Assembly (NCBI GenBank): GCA_009886115.1
Contig: VFJJ01000074.1
Coordinates: 1 to 45,591, forward strand
Reading direction: 5' to 3'
DNA: 45,591 bases
Source of the DNA: Actinomycetota bacterium
Lineage (GTDB): Bacteria > Actinomycetota > Acidimicrobiia > IMCC26256 > VFJJ01
A model generated the notes under the pieces. It ran no database searches. It saw only the letters and a list, made by a program, of their open reading frames with translations, and was not told the DNA's origin. Within the stretch, counting starts at the first letter, position 1; every line of letters starts with the position of its first letter. The position numbers and the translations under genes are program-made. This document shows, piece after piece, positions 19,257 to 28,363 of this stretch.

Positions 19257-20807
19257 ATGCGGACCGCTGTCTTCGATCTCGGAAGCAACTCGTTTCGCCT
19301 CCTGGTCGTCGACGTCACCTCCGACGGTGCGCTCGCCACCGTGGCCCGAGACCGCGAGGAGCTGGGCCTCGGAGCCGTCGTGGCGCGCGACGGGGTCATC
19401 GACGGCCGCGCGCTCGAGGCCGCCCAGGCGGCCGTGCGCCGTTTCCGGGCCGCAGCCGAGCGGCTCGGCGCCTCGCCCGTGCTTCCGGTCGCCACCAGCG
19501 CGATTCGCGACGCCACCAATCGCGATCATGTCCTCGCGGTGCTCTCGGAGGCGGCCGGGGTGTCCGTCCGTCTGCTCGACGGCAAGGAAGAAGCCCGTCT
19601 GTCATTCATCGGGATGCGGGCCGGCGCCGGGGTGGCTAACGGATCGACCCTGACGCTCGATCTCGGAGGCGGCAGCCTCGACGTGGCCTTCGGCGACGAC
19701 CATGCCATCGCCTGGGCCGACAGCTGCGATCTCGGAGGAGCTCGACTGACCGCCTTGTACCTCGAGCACGATCCTCCGACAGCGCCGGAACTCGATCGAT
19801 TGCACACGGCCAGCAGCCGAGCATTGGCCCCCATGGCCGCTCGCACCGTCGCCCATCCCCCCACCCAGTGCATCGCCGCTGGAGGATCAGTCAGGGCCAT
19901 CGCCCGGCTCGCGGCCAGCCGACGCTGGGTCCACCCACCGAGCACCGTGCACCTGATGACCCTGAGCCGCCAGGAGCTCCGGTCGTTGCAACGCGAGCTC
20001 GCCACCATGACCCAGGCCCAGCGGCTTGCGTTGCCGACGCTCAAGCAACGCAAGCAGGACGTGCTCCCGGCGGCATCGGCGGTCCTGGCGATCGCCTGCG
20101 AGGCGTTCGATCTCGACGAGATCGTCATCTCCGAGTGGGGGCTTCGGGAAGGCGTGATCATCGAGGCGTTCCACCTGGCATCCGAGACCAGCACCCAGGC
20201 TCGTGATCTGCGCCGGGCTGCGGTGCGCCGGCTCGAGCTGGCATGGGCCAAGGAGCCCGGTCACGGCGATCACGTGGCCGAGCTGGCCGTGGCCCTGTTC
20301 GACGCCACCAGAGAACTGCACGGTCTGGACGATGCCGATCGGGAGCTGCTCGACCATGCCGCGCACCTCCACGACATCGGTGAGTCGATCGCATTCGGCG
20401 GACATCACAAGCACGGCGCCTACCTGATCGAGCACTCCGAGCTGCATGGTTTCGGTGCCGACGAGATCGCGGCCATGGCATCCATCGTCCGCTTCCACAA
20501 GGGTTCGGGCCCGAAGCCGTATCCACCGTTCGACGGTTTGCCGAAGGAGCACCGACAACGCGTCACGACGCTCACGGCGTTGCTCCGGGTCGCCGACGGC
20601 CTCGACTGCTCTCACGAGCACCCCGTCGAGCGGGTCGACGTGAGCGACGACGGTGACATTCTCGAGGTACGGGCGATCGGAACCGGCGAGATCGAGCGTG
20701 CCCTCGACGGAAGTCGGGCCAAGGCCGACCTGCTGGCGGTCGCGCTCGGTCGGGAGATTCGCATCGTCGCCGTGCTCGGTGAGCCCGACATCGTGGGAGC
20801 AGGCTGA
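19257..20807 (+). CDS. ppx: Ppx/GppA exopolyphosphatase, long form with C-terminal HD domain
   Basis: DLGSNSFRL, ATSAIRDA, EEARL, DLGGGS, GLREG, LHDIG; TACCAT 8 nt before ATG. Confidence 0.9.
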   Translation: MRTAVFDLGSNSFRLLVVDVTSDGALATVARDREELGLGAVVARDGVIDGRALEAAQAAVRRFRAAAERLGASPVLPVATSAIRDATNRDHVLAVLSEAAGVSVRLLDGKEEARLSFIGMRAGAGVANGSTLTLDLGGGSLDVAFGDDHAIAWADSCDLGGARLTALYLEHDPPTAPELDRLHTASSRALAPMAARTVAHPPTQCIAAGGSVRAIARLAASRRWVHPPSTVHLMTLSRQELRSLQRELATMTQAQRLALPTLKQRKQDVLPAASAVLAIACEAFDLDEIVISEWGLREGVIIEAFHLASETSTQARDLRRAAVRRLELAWAKEPGHGDHVAELAVALFDATRELHGLDDADRELLDHAAHLHDIGESIAFGGHHKHGAYLIEHSELHGFGADEIAAMASIVRFHKGSGPKPYPPFDGLPKEHRQRVTTLTALLRVADGLDCSHEHPVERVDVSDDGDILEVRAIGTGEIERALDGSRAKADLLAVALGREIRIVAVLGEPDIVGAG

Positions 20808-20809
20808 CC

Positions 20810-20846
20810 GAACGTTTGGTTGTTGTACACCAAACGTTCAGGAACA
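20810..20846 (+). promoter_or_regulatory. pstS upstream element: 11-nt-spaced PHO-like units (GTACAC 20825, GTTCAG 20836) overlapping a perfect 11-bp inverted repeat
   Basis: gaacgtttggt (20810-20820) / accaaacgttc (20829-20839). Confidence 0.6.
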
Positions 20847-20941
20847 TGTCGTGAACGCGACACCTGACCTCCTTACGGTCGGCCGTTGTTGGACCACGAC
20901 ACCCGTGGCATGAGCCACGGTCACACATCAAGGGGAATCAG

Positions 20942-22102
20942 GTGCTCACAGCCCGAATGAAGAAGCGTGTGTTCGTCGCGCTCCCGCTGGCTCTGATGCT
21001 CGTCGCATCCGCGTGCGGCGACGATGACGACGACGACACCTCGGCCACCACCGCGCCCGCAGTCGAGACCACCACCGGAGCCTCGGCGGCGACGGTGACC
21101 TCGGGCGCAGCGGCCACCACTGCTCCACCCGCAGCGACCACCGCACCAGGGAGCGACGCTCCCGACTACTCCGCCCTCGAAGGCGAGATCGTCGTCACCG
21201 GCTCGTCGACCGTCGAGCCCATCTCGGCCTTGGTCGCCGAGGCCTTCGACGGGCTCACCGGCGGCAATGTGGCCGTCTCGGTCGACGGCCCCGGGACGTC
21301 GGACGGCTTCAAGGCCTTCTGTGCCGGCGAGGCCGACATCGCCGACGCTTCCCGGGCCATCAAGGATGAAGAGGTGACGGCCTGTGCCGACGGCGGCGTC
21401 GAGTTCGCCGAGCTGGCCGTGGCCATCGACGGTCTCTCGGTGATCACATCGCCCGACAACGCCGTCGAATGCCTCAACTACGCCGACCTCTACGCCCTGA
21501 TCGGGCCGGAGTCGGAAGGTGTCGAGAACTGGGCCGACGCCCAGGCCCTGGCCACCGAGCTGGGCTCGACGACCACGCTCCCCGACCTCCGCCTGACGAT
21601 CACCGCGCCGGGTGAGGAGTCGGGCACCTTCGACAGCTTCTACGAGCTGGCGTTGAAGAAGATCGGCGACGCCCGCGCCGAGGAAGGACTGGCACCTCTC
21701 GACGGCAACGACAAGCCGGTCAAGACCCGGGCCGACTACAATTCGTCGCCCAACGACAACGTGATCATCGAGGGCATCGGCGGCGAGGAAGGTTCGCTGG
21801 GCTGGGTCGGCTTCGCCTTCGCCGACGAGAACCGCGACACGGTCAAGCTGCTCGGTGTCGACGGGGTCGGCGACGGCACCTGTGTCGTCCCCGACGCCAC
21901 GACCATCGCCGACGGCAGCTACCCGCTCGCCCGCACGCTCTACATCTACGTCAACACGGTCAAGGCAGCCGAGAACCCGGCTCTGCAGGCGTTCGTCGAC
22001 TACTACCTCTCCGACGACGGCATCGCCAACGTCGAAGCCGCCGACTACGTGCCGCTGCCCGCCGACCAGCTCGACGCCACCCGCTCCGCCTGGGTCGGCT
22101 GA
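20942..22102 (+). CDS. pstS: Phosphate ABC transporter substrate-binding lipoprotein
   Basis: Lipobox ASAC, GSSTVEP, DASRAIK, SGTFDSF, YPLARTLYIYV; lies upstream of pstCAB. Confidence 0.92.
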   Translation: MLTARMKKRVFVALPLALMLVASACGDDDDDDTSATTAPAVETTTGASAATVTSGAAATTAPPAATTAPGSDAPDYSALEGEIVVTGSSTVEPISALVAEAFDGLTGGNVAVSVDGPGTSDGFKAFCAGEADIADASRAIKDEEVTACADGGVEFAELAVAIDGLSVITSPDNAVECLNYADLYALIGPESEGVENWADAQALATELGSTTTLPDLRLTITAPGEESGTFDSFYELALKKIGDARAEEGLAPLDGNDKPVKTRADYNSSPNDNVIIEGIGGEEGSLGWVGFAFADENRDTVKLLGVDGVGDGTCVVPDATTIADGSYPLARTLYIYVNTVKAAENPALQAFVDYYLSDDGIANVEAADYVPLPADQLDATRSAWVG

Positions 22103-22120
22103 GGTTCAGCCGAGCGGCCT

Positions 22121-22161
22121 CCGGGCATCCTGGCCGGTATGGCCGGCACAGGACCGCCCGG
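22121..22161 (+). terminator. Imperfect GC-rich hairpin after pstS (terminator or mRNA stabiliser)
   Basis: ccgggc-a-tcctg-gccgg ... ccggc-a-cagga-cc-gcccgg. Confidence 0.5.
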
Positions 22162-22214
22162 TTCACTCGCCCCGCATCGGGACCCGGTGGTCATCCACCG
22201 GGTCCCGTGCGTTC

Positions 22215-22236
22215 GTTCACCTGACGTTCACCTCTG
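22215..22236 (+). promoter_or_regulatory. PHO box: GTTCACCTGAC GTTCACCTCTG
   Basis: Two exact GTTCAC units 11 nt apart, with weaker in-phase units at 22193 (ATCCAC) and 22248 (GTCCAT); matches the Streptomyces PhoP direct-repeat pattern. Confidence 0.75.
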
Positions 22237-22316
22237 CCTCGGATTGTGTCCATGTTGGCCGCCTATCGTCACCCCCGGCTCACCCAACCCCGATCCAACA
22301 ACCTGCGGAGGGGTCC

Positions 22317-22535
22317 GTGTCACGGCGCTGGCGGCGGTCGATCTCCTCCTTGGTGATCCTGGCGATCGTCGTGTTCCTCTGGGCGACCGAGGGCGATCCC
22401 GATTCAGCCGACGGCAACTCGTCGGCCCGCACGACGGCACCAGCCGACGGAACGCCCGCGGTGCTGGCGACGGCGGTGGGGACGTCCCCCGCCTTCACCT
22501 CAGCAGTGACCGTCGCCGCCTCGGGGCCTGCATGA
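22317..22535 (+). CDS. Putative 72-aa single-TM small protein
   Basis: GGAGGG RBS then GTG; basic N-terminus RRWRR, hydrophobic SLVILAIVVFLW, polar tail. Confidence 0.45.
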   Translation: MSRRWRRSISSLVILAIVVFLWATEGDPDSADGNSSARTTAPADGTPAVLATAVGTSPAFTSAVTVAASGPA

Positions 22536-22575
22536 GCACGGCCGGCATCCGGGCCAGCACCGTGATCGGAGCGCG

Positions 22576-23517
22576 ATGACGCAGTTGACCCCGATGCTTC
22601 CGGGCCCGGAGCCGATGAGCCTCCGGGGCAGCCCCCGCCGGAGGCGCAAGGAACGCTCGGTCCACGTGGTGTTGTTGTCGGCGGCACTCATCTCCATCCT
22701 GATCAGCGTCGGCATCGTGTACTCGTTGGTGGGCAACGCCATCGACTTCCTCCAGAAGATCGACCTGTCCCAGCTCTGGACGACCGGCTACTTCCCCCGC
22801 CGAGGCCTGTTCGACCTCAAGACCCTGTTCATAGGCTCGTTGCTCATTACCGGGGTCGCCCTGGTCGTCGCCGGCCCGATCGGGCTGGGCGCGGCGATCT
22901 ACCTCTCCGAGTACGCCTCCCCCCGGATGCGGCGCATCTGCAAGCCCATCCTCGAGGTGCTGGCGGGCATCCCCAGTGTCGTGATCGGGTTCTTCGCGCT
23001 GACGTGGATCGCCCCGAACATCGTCCAGCGGATCTTCTCTCAATCCGGGACGTTCAGCCTGGCCGCCGCGGGCATCGGTGTCGGGATCCTCATCATCCCG
23101 ATCATCGCCTCGGTGGCCGAGGACGCCATGCGAGCCGTACCCCTGGCACTGCGAGAAGCCTCCTACGGGTTGGGCGCCCGCAAGATCACCACCAGCGTGC
23201 GGGTGGTGCTGCCGGCCGCCGTCTCGGGCATCGTCGCCGCGTTCATCCTCGGCATCAGCCGGGCCATCGGCGAGACCCTGGTGGTGGCCCTGGCCGCCGG
23301 AGGATCGGGGGGCTCGGTCTTCACGACCGACATCACCGGCCCCGGCCAAACCGTCACCGCAGCGATCGCGTCCCTGTCGTTCGGCTCCGACCAACCGGCC
23401 GGCGACGACGCCGCCTTCCAGAGCCTCTACTTCCTGGGGATCATCTTGTTCATCTTCACCCTGTTGCTGAACCTGGCGGGCGACGTGTTCGTCCGCCGCA
23501 CGAGGCAGCACTACTGA
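22576..23517 (+). CDS. pstC: Phosphate ABC transporter permease PstC
   Basis: AAIYLSEYA, LEVLAGIPSVV, EDAMRAVP..LREASYGLGA, SRAIGET. Confidence 0.95.
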   Translation: MTQLTPMLPGPEPMSLRGSPRRRRKERSVHVVLLSAALISILISVGIVYSLVGNAIDFLQKIDLSQLWTTGYFPRRGLFDLKTLFIGSLLITGVALVVAGPIGLGAAIYLSEYASPRMRRICKPILEVLAGIPSVVIGFFALTWIAPNIVQRIFSQSGTFSLAAAGIGVGILIIPIIASVAEDAMRAVPLALREASYGLGARKITTSVRVVLPAAVSGIVAAFILGISRAIGETLVVALAAGGSGGSVFTTDITGPGQTVTAAIASLSFGSDQPAGDDAAFQSLYFLGIILFIFTLLLNLAGDVFVRRTRQHY

Positions 23518-24479
23518 TGGCCGCCGCTGCCCCCCCGGCCAACCCGGCGTCGATCACCACCCTCGCCGTCGAGCGCTCCCTCGCCTCACGCAAGCGTGAT
23601 TGGCTGGGCCAGGTCTTCCAGGTGGTGTTGCTGCTCTCGTTGATCCTGTCCCTTGCGATCATCGTCTTCTTGTTGTCGAACGTCCTCGGCGGCGCCTGGC
23701 GGGTCTGGACCGATCGGGGCACCGACTTCCTCACCGAGGGCGGATCACGCCAGGCCGAGGCAGCCGGCGTCTGGCAGGGCATCCGCGGCACGCTGACGCT
23801 GGTGGGCTTCGTCGTGCTGCTCGCCTTCCCCATCGGCATCGCCTCGGCCATCTATCTCGAGGAATACGCACCCGACAACACGCTGACGAAGTTCATCAAC
23901 GTGAACATCCGCAACCTCACCGGTGTGCCGTCGGTCGTGTACGGCCTGCTCGGCCTGGCGGTGTTCGTGCGCACCTTCGGGCTCGACCGCAACGACGAGG
24001 GCGGGCTCACCGGGGGCAAGAGCGTGATCTCGGCCGGTCTCACGCTGGCGGTGCTGGTGCTGCCGATCGTGATCATCACCTCGGCCGAGGCCATTCGGGC
24101 CGTGCCGCGTTCGATCCGCGAGGCGGGCTACGGCGTCGGGGCTTCGCGGTGGGAGGTGACGCGGATGCTGGTGCTCCCGTCGGCCGCACCCGGAATCCTC
24201 ACCGGCACGGTGCTGGCGATCTCCCGGGCGATGGGCGAGGCGGCTCCGATCCTCCTGATCGGCGCCAACACCGGGTTCTTCTCGTCGGGGAACCAGAGCT
24301 TCGTCGAACAACTCCAGGGAACGTTCACCGCGTTGCCTGCGGTGATCTTCGGCTGGGCCCGCGAGACCTCCGAGTTCCGCGATGTCACGGCAGCCGCGAT
24401 CTTCGTGTTGCTGGTGATCACCGTCCTCGCCAACGGCACCGCCGTCTGGCTGCGCAACCGCTTCGAGAAGCAGTGGTAG
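23517..24479 (+). CDS. pstA: Phosphate ABC transporter permease PstA
   Basis: [41 protein letters not shown]. Confidence 0.95.
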   Translation: MAAAAPPANPASITTLAVERSLASRKRDWLGQVFQVVLLLSLILSLAIIVFLLSNVLGGAWRVWTDRGTDFLTEGGSRQAEAAGVWQGIRGTLTLVGFVVLLAFPIGIASAIYLEEYAPDNTLTKFINVNIRNLTGVPSVVYGLLGLAVFVRTFGLDRNDEGGLTGGKSVISAGLTLAVLVLPIVIITSAEAIRAVPRSIREAGYGVGASRWEVTRMLVLPSAAPGILTGTVLAISRAMGEAAPILLIGANTGFFSSGNQSFVEQLQGTFTALPAVIFGWARETSEFRDVTAAAIFVLLVITVLANGTAVWLRNRFEKQW

Positions 24480-24487
24480 GAGAGGTC

Positions 24488-25357
24488 ATGAACCAGCTCA
24501 CAGAGCAGACGTTGGTCACTGTCACGCTCCCCGAATCCAGCCCTGAACGCTCAGGCGACGCGGCGAACAGGGCCGACGACGACAGCGTGTTCAGCCTGCG
24601 CGGCGTGAACGTCCACTACGGCTCGTTCCACGCGGTCCGCGACATCACGATGGAGATCCCCCGCCGCCAGATCACCGCGCTCATCGGCCCGAGCGGCTGT
24701 GGGAAGTCGACCCTGCTGCGGTGCTTCAACCGGATGAACGACCTCATCACGACGGCCAAGGTGAGCGGCTCCGTCATCTACAACGGCGAGAACCTCTACG
24801 ACAGCTACGTCGATGCCGTCGAGGTGCGTCGCCGCATCGGCATGGTCTTCCAGAAGCCCAACCCCTTCCCGAAGTCGATCTACGACAACATCGCCTTCGG
24901 CCCCAAGGTCAACGGGATCAAGGGCAACATGGACGACCTCGTCGAGCAGGCCTTGCGCGACGCAGCACTGTGGGACGAGGTCAAGGACAAGCTCAAGCAG
25001 AACGCCTACGGGCTCTCGGGCGGCCAGCAGCAGCGGATGTGCATCGCCCGGGCCATCGCGGTGCAGCCCGACGTGATCCTCATGGACGAGCCGTGCTCGG
25101 CACTCGACCCGATAGCTTCTGCACGCATCGAAGACCTGATGACCGAGCTGAAGGCCCAGTACACGATCGTGATCGTCACCCACAACATGCAACAGGCCGC
25201 CCGTGTCAGCGATCGGACCGCGTTCTTCACGGTCGAAGTCGACGAAGCCCGGAGCAGCCGGACGGGGATCCTGGTGGAGTTCGACACCGCTCAGCGGATC
25301 TTCACCAATCCGTCCGACTCCCGGACCGAGGCGTACATCACCGGTCGATTCGGTTGA
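24488..25357 (+). CDS. pstB: Phosphate ABC transporter ATPase PstB
   Basis: [47 protein letters not shown]. Confidence 0.97.
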   Translation: MNQLTEQTLVTVTLPESSPERSGDAANRADDDSVFSLRGVNVHYGSFHAVRDITMEIPRRQITALIGPSGCGKSTLLRCFNRMNDLITTAKVSGSVIYNGENLYDSYVDAVEVRRRIGMVFQKPNPFPKSIYDNIAFGPKVNGIKGNMDDLVEQALRDAALWDEVKDKLKQNAYGLSGGQQQRMCIARAIAVQPDVILMDEPCSALDPIASARIEDLMTELKAQYTIVIVTHNMQQAARVSDRTAFFTVEVDEARSSRTGILVEFDTAQRIFTNPSDSRTEAYITGRFG

Positions 25358-26088
25358 ACCTCGTGTCGGTTCCGACGCCACCGACCGCGGGTCGTCATCG
25401 GCGCGACGACGAGCTCGAGGAATTGCGCGACAGCATCGTCGAGCTCGGTACCCTCGTCATGACCATGGTGCGGCGTTCGAGCGTGGCTGCGATCGCCGAG
25501 GCCGGTTCGATCACCAGCGTCGCCTCGATCGAGGACCAGTCCGTCGTGGCGTTGAGCCGCACTGTCGATGACCGTCTCCAGACGTTCCTCGCCCGCCAGC
25601 AACCGGTCGCCAGCGACTTGCGGTGGGTGTTGGCCGACATGCGCGTCACCCATGGGCTCGTCGGGATCGCCCAGCTGGCCCGTGAGGTGGTGGTCCGCTC
25701 ACATCGTGTCTATCCGCACGGTGTCGACCCCAGCCTCGGGCCGCTCCTCGAGCTCATCGCGTCACAGGCGATCGCCGAGCTCGATCTCGCACTGGAGGCA
25801 TTCCGAACGTCGGAGCTGGCCTTGGCTCGGGCCATCGAGGACATGAACTCCGTGATGTCCGACTTTCAGCGGGAGTTCATCCGCTGCCTGATCGATCGCT
25901 CCGACGGACGCGACGTCGTCGTCCCCATCCAACTGGCGTTCATCGCTCGGTGCTTCGAGCACATCGCCCATCATGCAGTGTCGATCGCCGATCAGGTCGT
26001 CTTCGGCCAGACCGGCCAGCTGACGGGCGAACCTGGAGCGCTCCTGCGCACCCTCCCGACGATGGGCGACGGCGACATCGTGCTGTGA
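25354..26088 (+). CDS. Second, divergent PhoU-like protein (start TTG 25354 or GTG 25363)
   Basis: [11 protein letters not shown] and [17 protein letters not shown] show the PhoU fold; acidic motifs are eroded. Confidence 0.82.
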   Translation: MNLVSVPTPPTAGRHRRDDELEELRDSIVELGTLVMTMVRRSSVAAIAEAGSITSVASIEDQSVVALSRTVDDRLQTFLARQQPVASDLRWVLADMRVTHGLVGIAQLAREVVVRSHRVYPHGVDPSLGPLLELIASQAIAELDLALEAFRTSELALARAIEDMNSVMSDFQREFIRCLIDRSDGRDVVVPIQLAFIARCFEHIAHHAVSIADQVVFGQTGQLTGEPGALLRTLPTMGDGDIVL

Positions 26089-26132
26089 GGAGTGCGTGAC
26101 GGGTCGGGCTCGGCTCTCGAGCCCTCAGCGGC

Positions 26133-27371
26133 TCAGAAGCCGTCGAGCGGGATCGTGATCGTGAACGTCGACCCGACTCCTTCTTCGGACTCGACAGACA
26201 CCATGCCGCCGTGGCCTTCGGCCACATGGCGGACGAAGGCCAGGCCCAGACCCGTCCCACCCGTAGCTCGGGCCCGCGCCCGGTCGACCCGGTAGAACCG
26301 CTCGAAGATCCGCTCGCAGTCGCGAGCCGGGATCCCGCAGCCCCGGTCGCTCACCCGGATCACGATCGTGGAATCAGCCATGGACGCCCCGACATCGACG
26401 ATCGAGCCTGGCTCCGAGTACTTGAGTGCGTTGTCGAGCAGGTTGTACACGGCGCTGACGAGGCGGCGCCGGTCGACCAGCACCCGTCGATCGGGAACGC
26501 ACTCGACCACGTGCACATCGATCTTGGCGACACCGGCCGCGGCTTGGATGCGCTCCACCGCCTCGATCACGATGCGCCCGAGCGACACCGACTCCCGGGG
26601 AAGCTCGTCGAGGGTCTCGAGGATGCTCAGGTCGAGCAGGTCGTGAACGATCCGCCCGAGGCGCTCAGCCTCGGTGGCCAGGTGTTCAGCGAGCTGATGG
26701 ATCGTCGCGGGATCGTCCTCCTCCGCCAGCGTGTCGGCGAGCACGGCGAGCGCCCCGATGGGCGTCCTCAGCTCATGGCTCACGTTGGCCACGAAGTCGC
26801 GTCGCACGTCGGCCAGCCGCCGGATTTCCGACACGTCACGGATCACCACGACCGCGCCGCTCGGGGCCTCGCCATCATCAGTGGTGAGCGGCCGGGCCCT
26901 GACCTCGAGGACCTGCCGGGGCGGACCGACGAGCACCACCTCCTTGCGGAGATCGACATCGGCACCGAGACCCGACAACACGGCGCCGACGAGCTCGCGT
27001 GTCGCGGCCTCGACGAGCGCATCGCCGTGACGTGCGCTCTCGTAGCGCCGGGCGATGGCGTTGCGCACGACGGGCTCGCCGTCCTCGTCGGCCACCACGA
27101 TACCCATCGGCAAGCCATCGATCGCAGCCTCGAGGCGCCGCCGGTCGGACTCCTCGTCGTCGCGCTGAGCCAGCACCCGAGCCGCCGCCCGGTCGACGGC
27201 GACGATGGCATCCTCGTGATCGAGCGGAACCGTCGTGTCGCTCACGGCCGAGCGCACGTCGAGCCGATCGACGAGCGCCGCGACCGCTCGAGCATGACGC
27301 CGGGACGATCGCCGCCACAACACAGCCGTGGCCACCGTCGCCAGAGCGAACAGAACAGCCAGGATCGTCAT
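26133..27371 (-). CDS. SenX3/PhoR-like sensor histidine kinase
   Basis: N-terminal TM, RRDFVANVSHELRTPIGAL H-box, NLLDNALKYS, IFERFYRVDRAR, GGTGLGL. Confidence 0.92.
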   Translation of the reverse strand: MTILAVLFALATVATAVLWRRSSRRHARAVAALVDRLDVRSAVSDTTVPLDHEDAIVAVDRAAARVLAQRDDEESDRRRLEAAIDGLPMGIVVADEDGEPVVRNAIARRYESARHGDALVEAATRELVGAVLSGLGADVDLRKEVVLVGPPRQVLEVRARPLTTDDGEAPSGAVVVIRDVSEIRRLADVRRDFVANVSHELRTPIGALAVLADTLAEEDDPATIHQLAEHLATEAERLGRIVHDLLDLSILETLDELPRESVSLGRIVIEAVERIQAAAGVAKIDVHVVECVPDRRVLVDRRRLVSAVYNLLDNALKYSEPGSIVDVGASMADSTIVIRVSDRGCGIPARDCERIFERFYRVDRARARATGGTGLGLAFVRHVAEGHGGMVSVESEEGVGSTFTITIPLDGF

Positions 27372-27437
27372 CGAGGCCCCGAGTGGGGCACGCCCCGGCT
27401 GGACCAGCCGAGCCTCGCGAGCACCATCACCGCTCGT

Positions 27438-28241
27438 TCAGCGCCCGAGATCGGAATGCCGGCCGAGGGCCGCGTGCACGATCGCGGCGACATCACCGTC
27501 GTCGTCGACAGAACCAGCCGCATACACCGATCGCAATCGGGTCACGGTGATCCACCCGTCCTCGATGAGGCCCCGATCGGAGTTGGGGTCGACGTCGCGC
27601 AGGCGATCGGCGAACCGGAGCTCGAGCACCCCCTCGCCGGCGACGTCGAACGCGGTACGCACCGTCCCGAACCTCGCGAGCGGGGCCGCGGTCACGCCGG
27701 CGATCGACTCGTCAGGCCGGTCGGGTACGTTCAGGTTCACCACGGTGCCGGCAGGCTCGAGCGCGAGCCAGTCGATGAGCGACGCGGCAGCCCGGGCCGC
27801 AGTCTCGAACCGACGGCCGTCGGCGCTCACGGCGATCGCCGAGATCCCGAAGACCCCGGCGGTCAGCGCCGCCCCGACGGTCCCCGAGAACAGCACAGCG
27901 GTGCCGGTGTTGGCGCCGTCGTTGATGCCCGAGACGATCAGGTCGGGATGGGCTCCTCCCATCCCGTGGAACCCGCCCAGGATGGCCGTCATCACGCACA
28001 TGGCGGGCGGGCTGTGGACGGCAAAGCCCCTGAGCCGGAGCCCGTCGGCGACGATGAGCTCCCGCTCTTCGAAGAGCACCTGGCGGGTCAGGTGCACCGG
28101 ACCCAGCGCCGCTCCCGAGCCCGAGGCGTCGTACGACGGCGCCACGACGACCACCTCGTGGTCGAGGCTGGCCAGGGCCCCGGCGAGCACGAGGATCCCG
28201 GGCGCGTCGATGCCGTCGTCGTTGGTCACCAGGATGCGCAC
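27438..28241 (-). CDS. surE: 5'/3'-nucleotidase SurE
   Basis: RILVTNDDGIDAPG, VVVAP..DASG, SGINDGANTG, SGTVGAA. Confidence 0.93.
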   Translation of the reverse strand: MRILVTNDDGIDAPGILVLAGALASLDHEVVVVAPSYDASGSGAALGPVHLTRQVLFEERELIVADGLRLRGFAVHSPPAMCVMTAILGGFHGMGGAHPDLIVSGINDGANTGTAVLFSGTVGAALTAGVFGISAIAVSADGRRFETAARAAASLIDWLALEPAGTVVNLNVPDRPDESIAGVTAAPLARFGTVRTAFDVAGEGVLELRFADRLRDVDPNSDRGLIEDGWITVTRLRSVYAAGSVDDDGDVAAIVHAALGRHSDLGR

Positions 28242-28363
28242 TCGACGATGGTAGGTGGTGCGGTCATGCGTCCGGCAGTCGCAGCGATGCCCTGTACCGC
28301 CGAAAGAACGAGCGATGCCGTCACGGGTTCGAGCACCCGGCGACTGGGCTACCTTCGCTGGTC

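Noticed and set aside
21855..22316. Upstream part of the 226-aa ORF 21855-22535
   Set aside because: Overlaps pstS out of frame and crosses the hairpin and PHO box; only the part from GTG 22317 has an RBS and protein-like features
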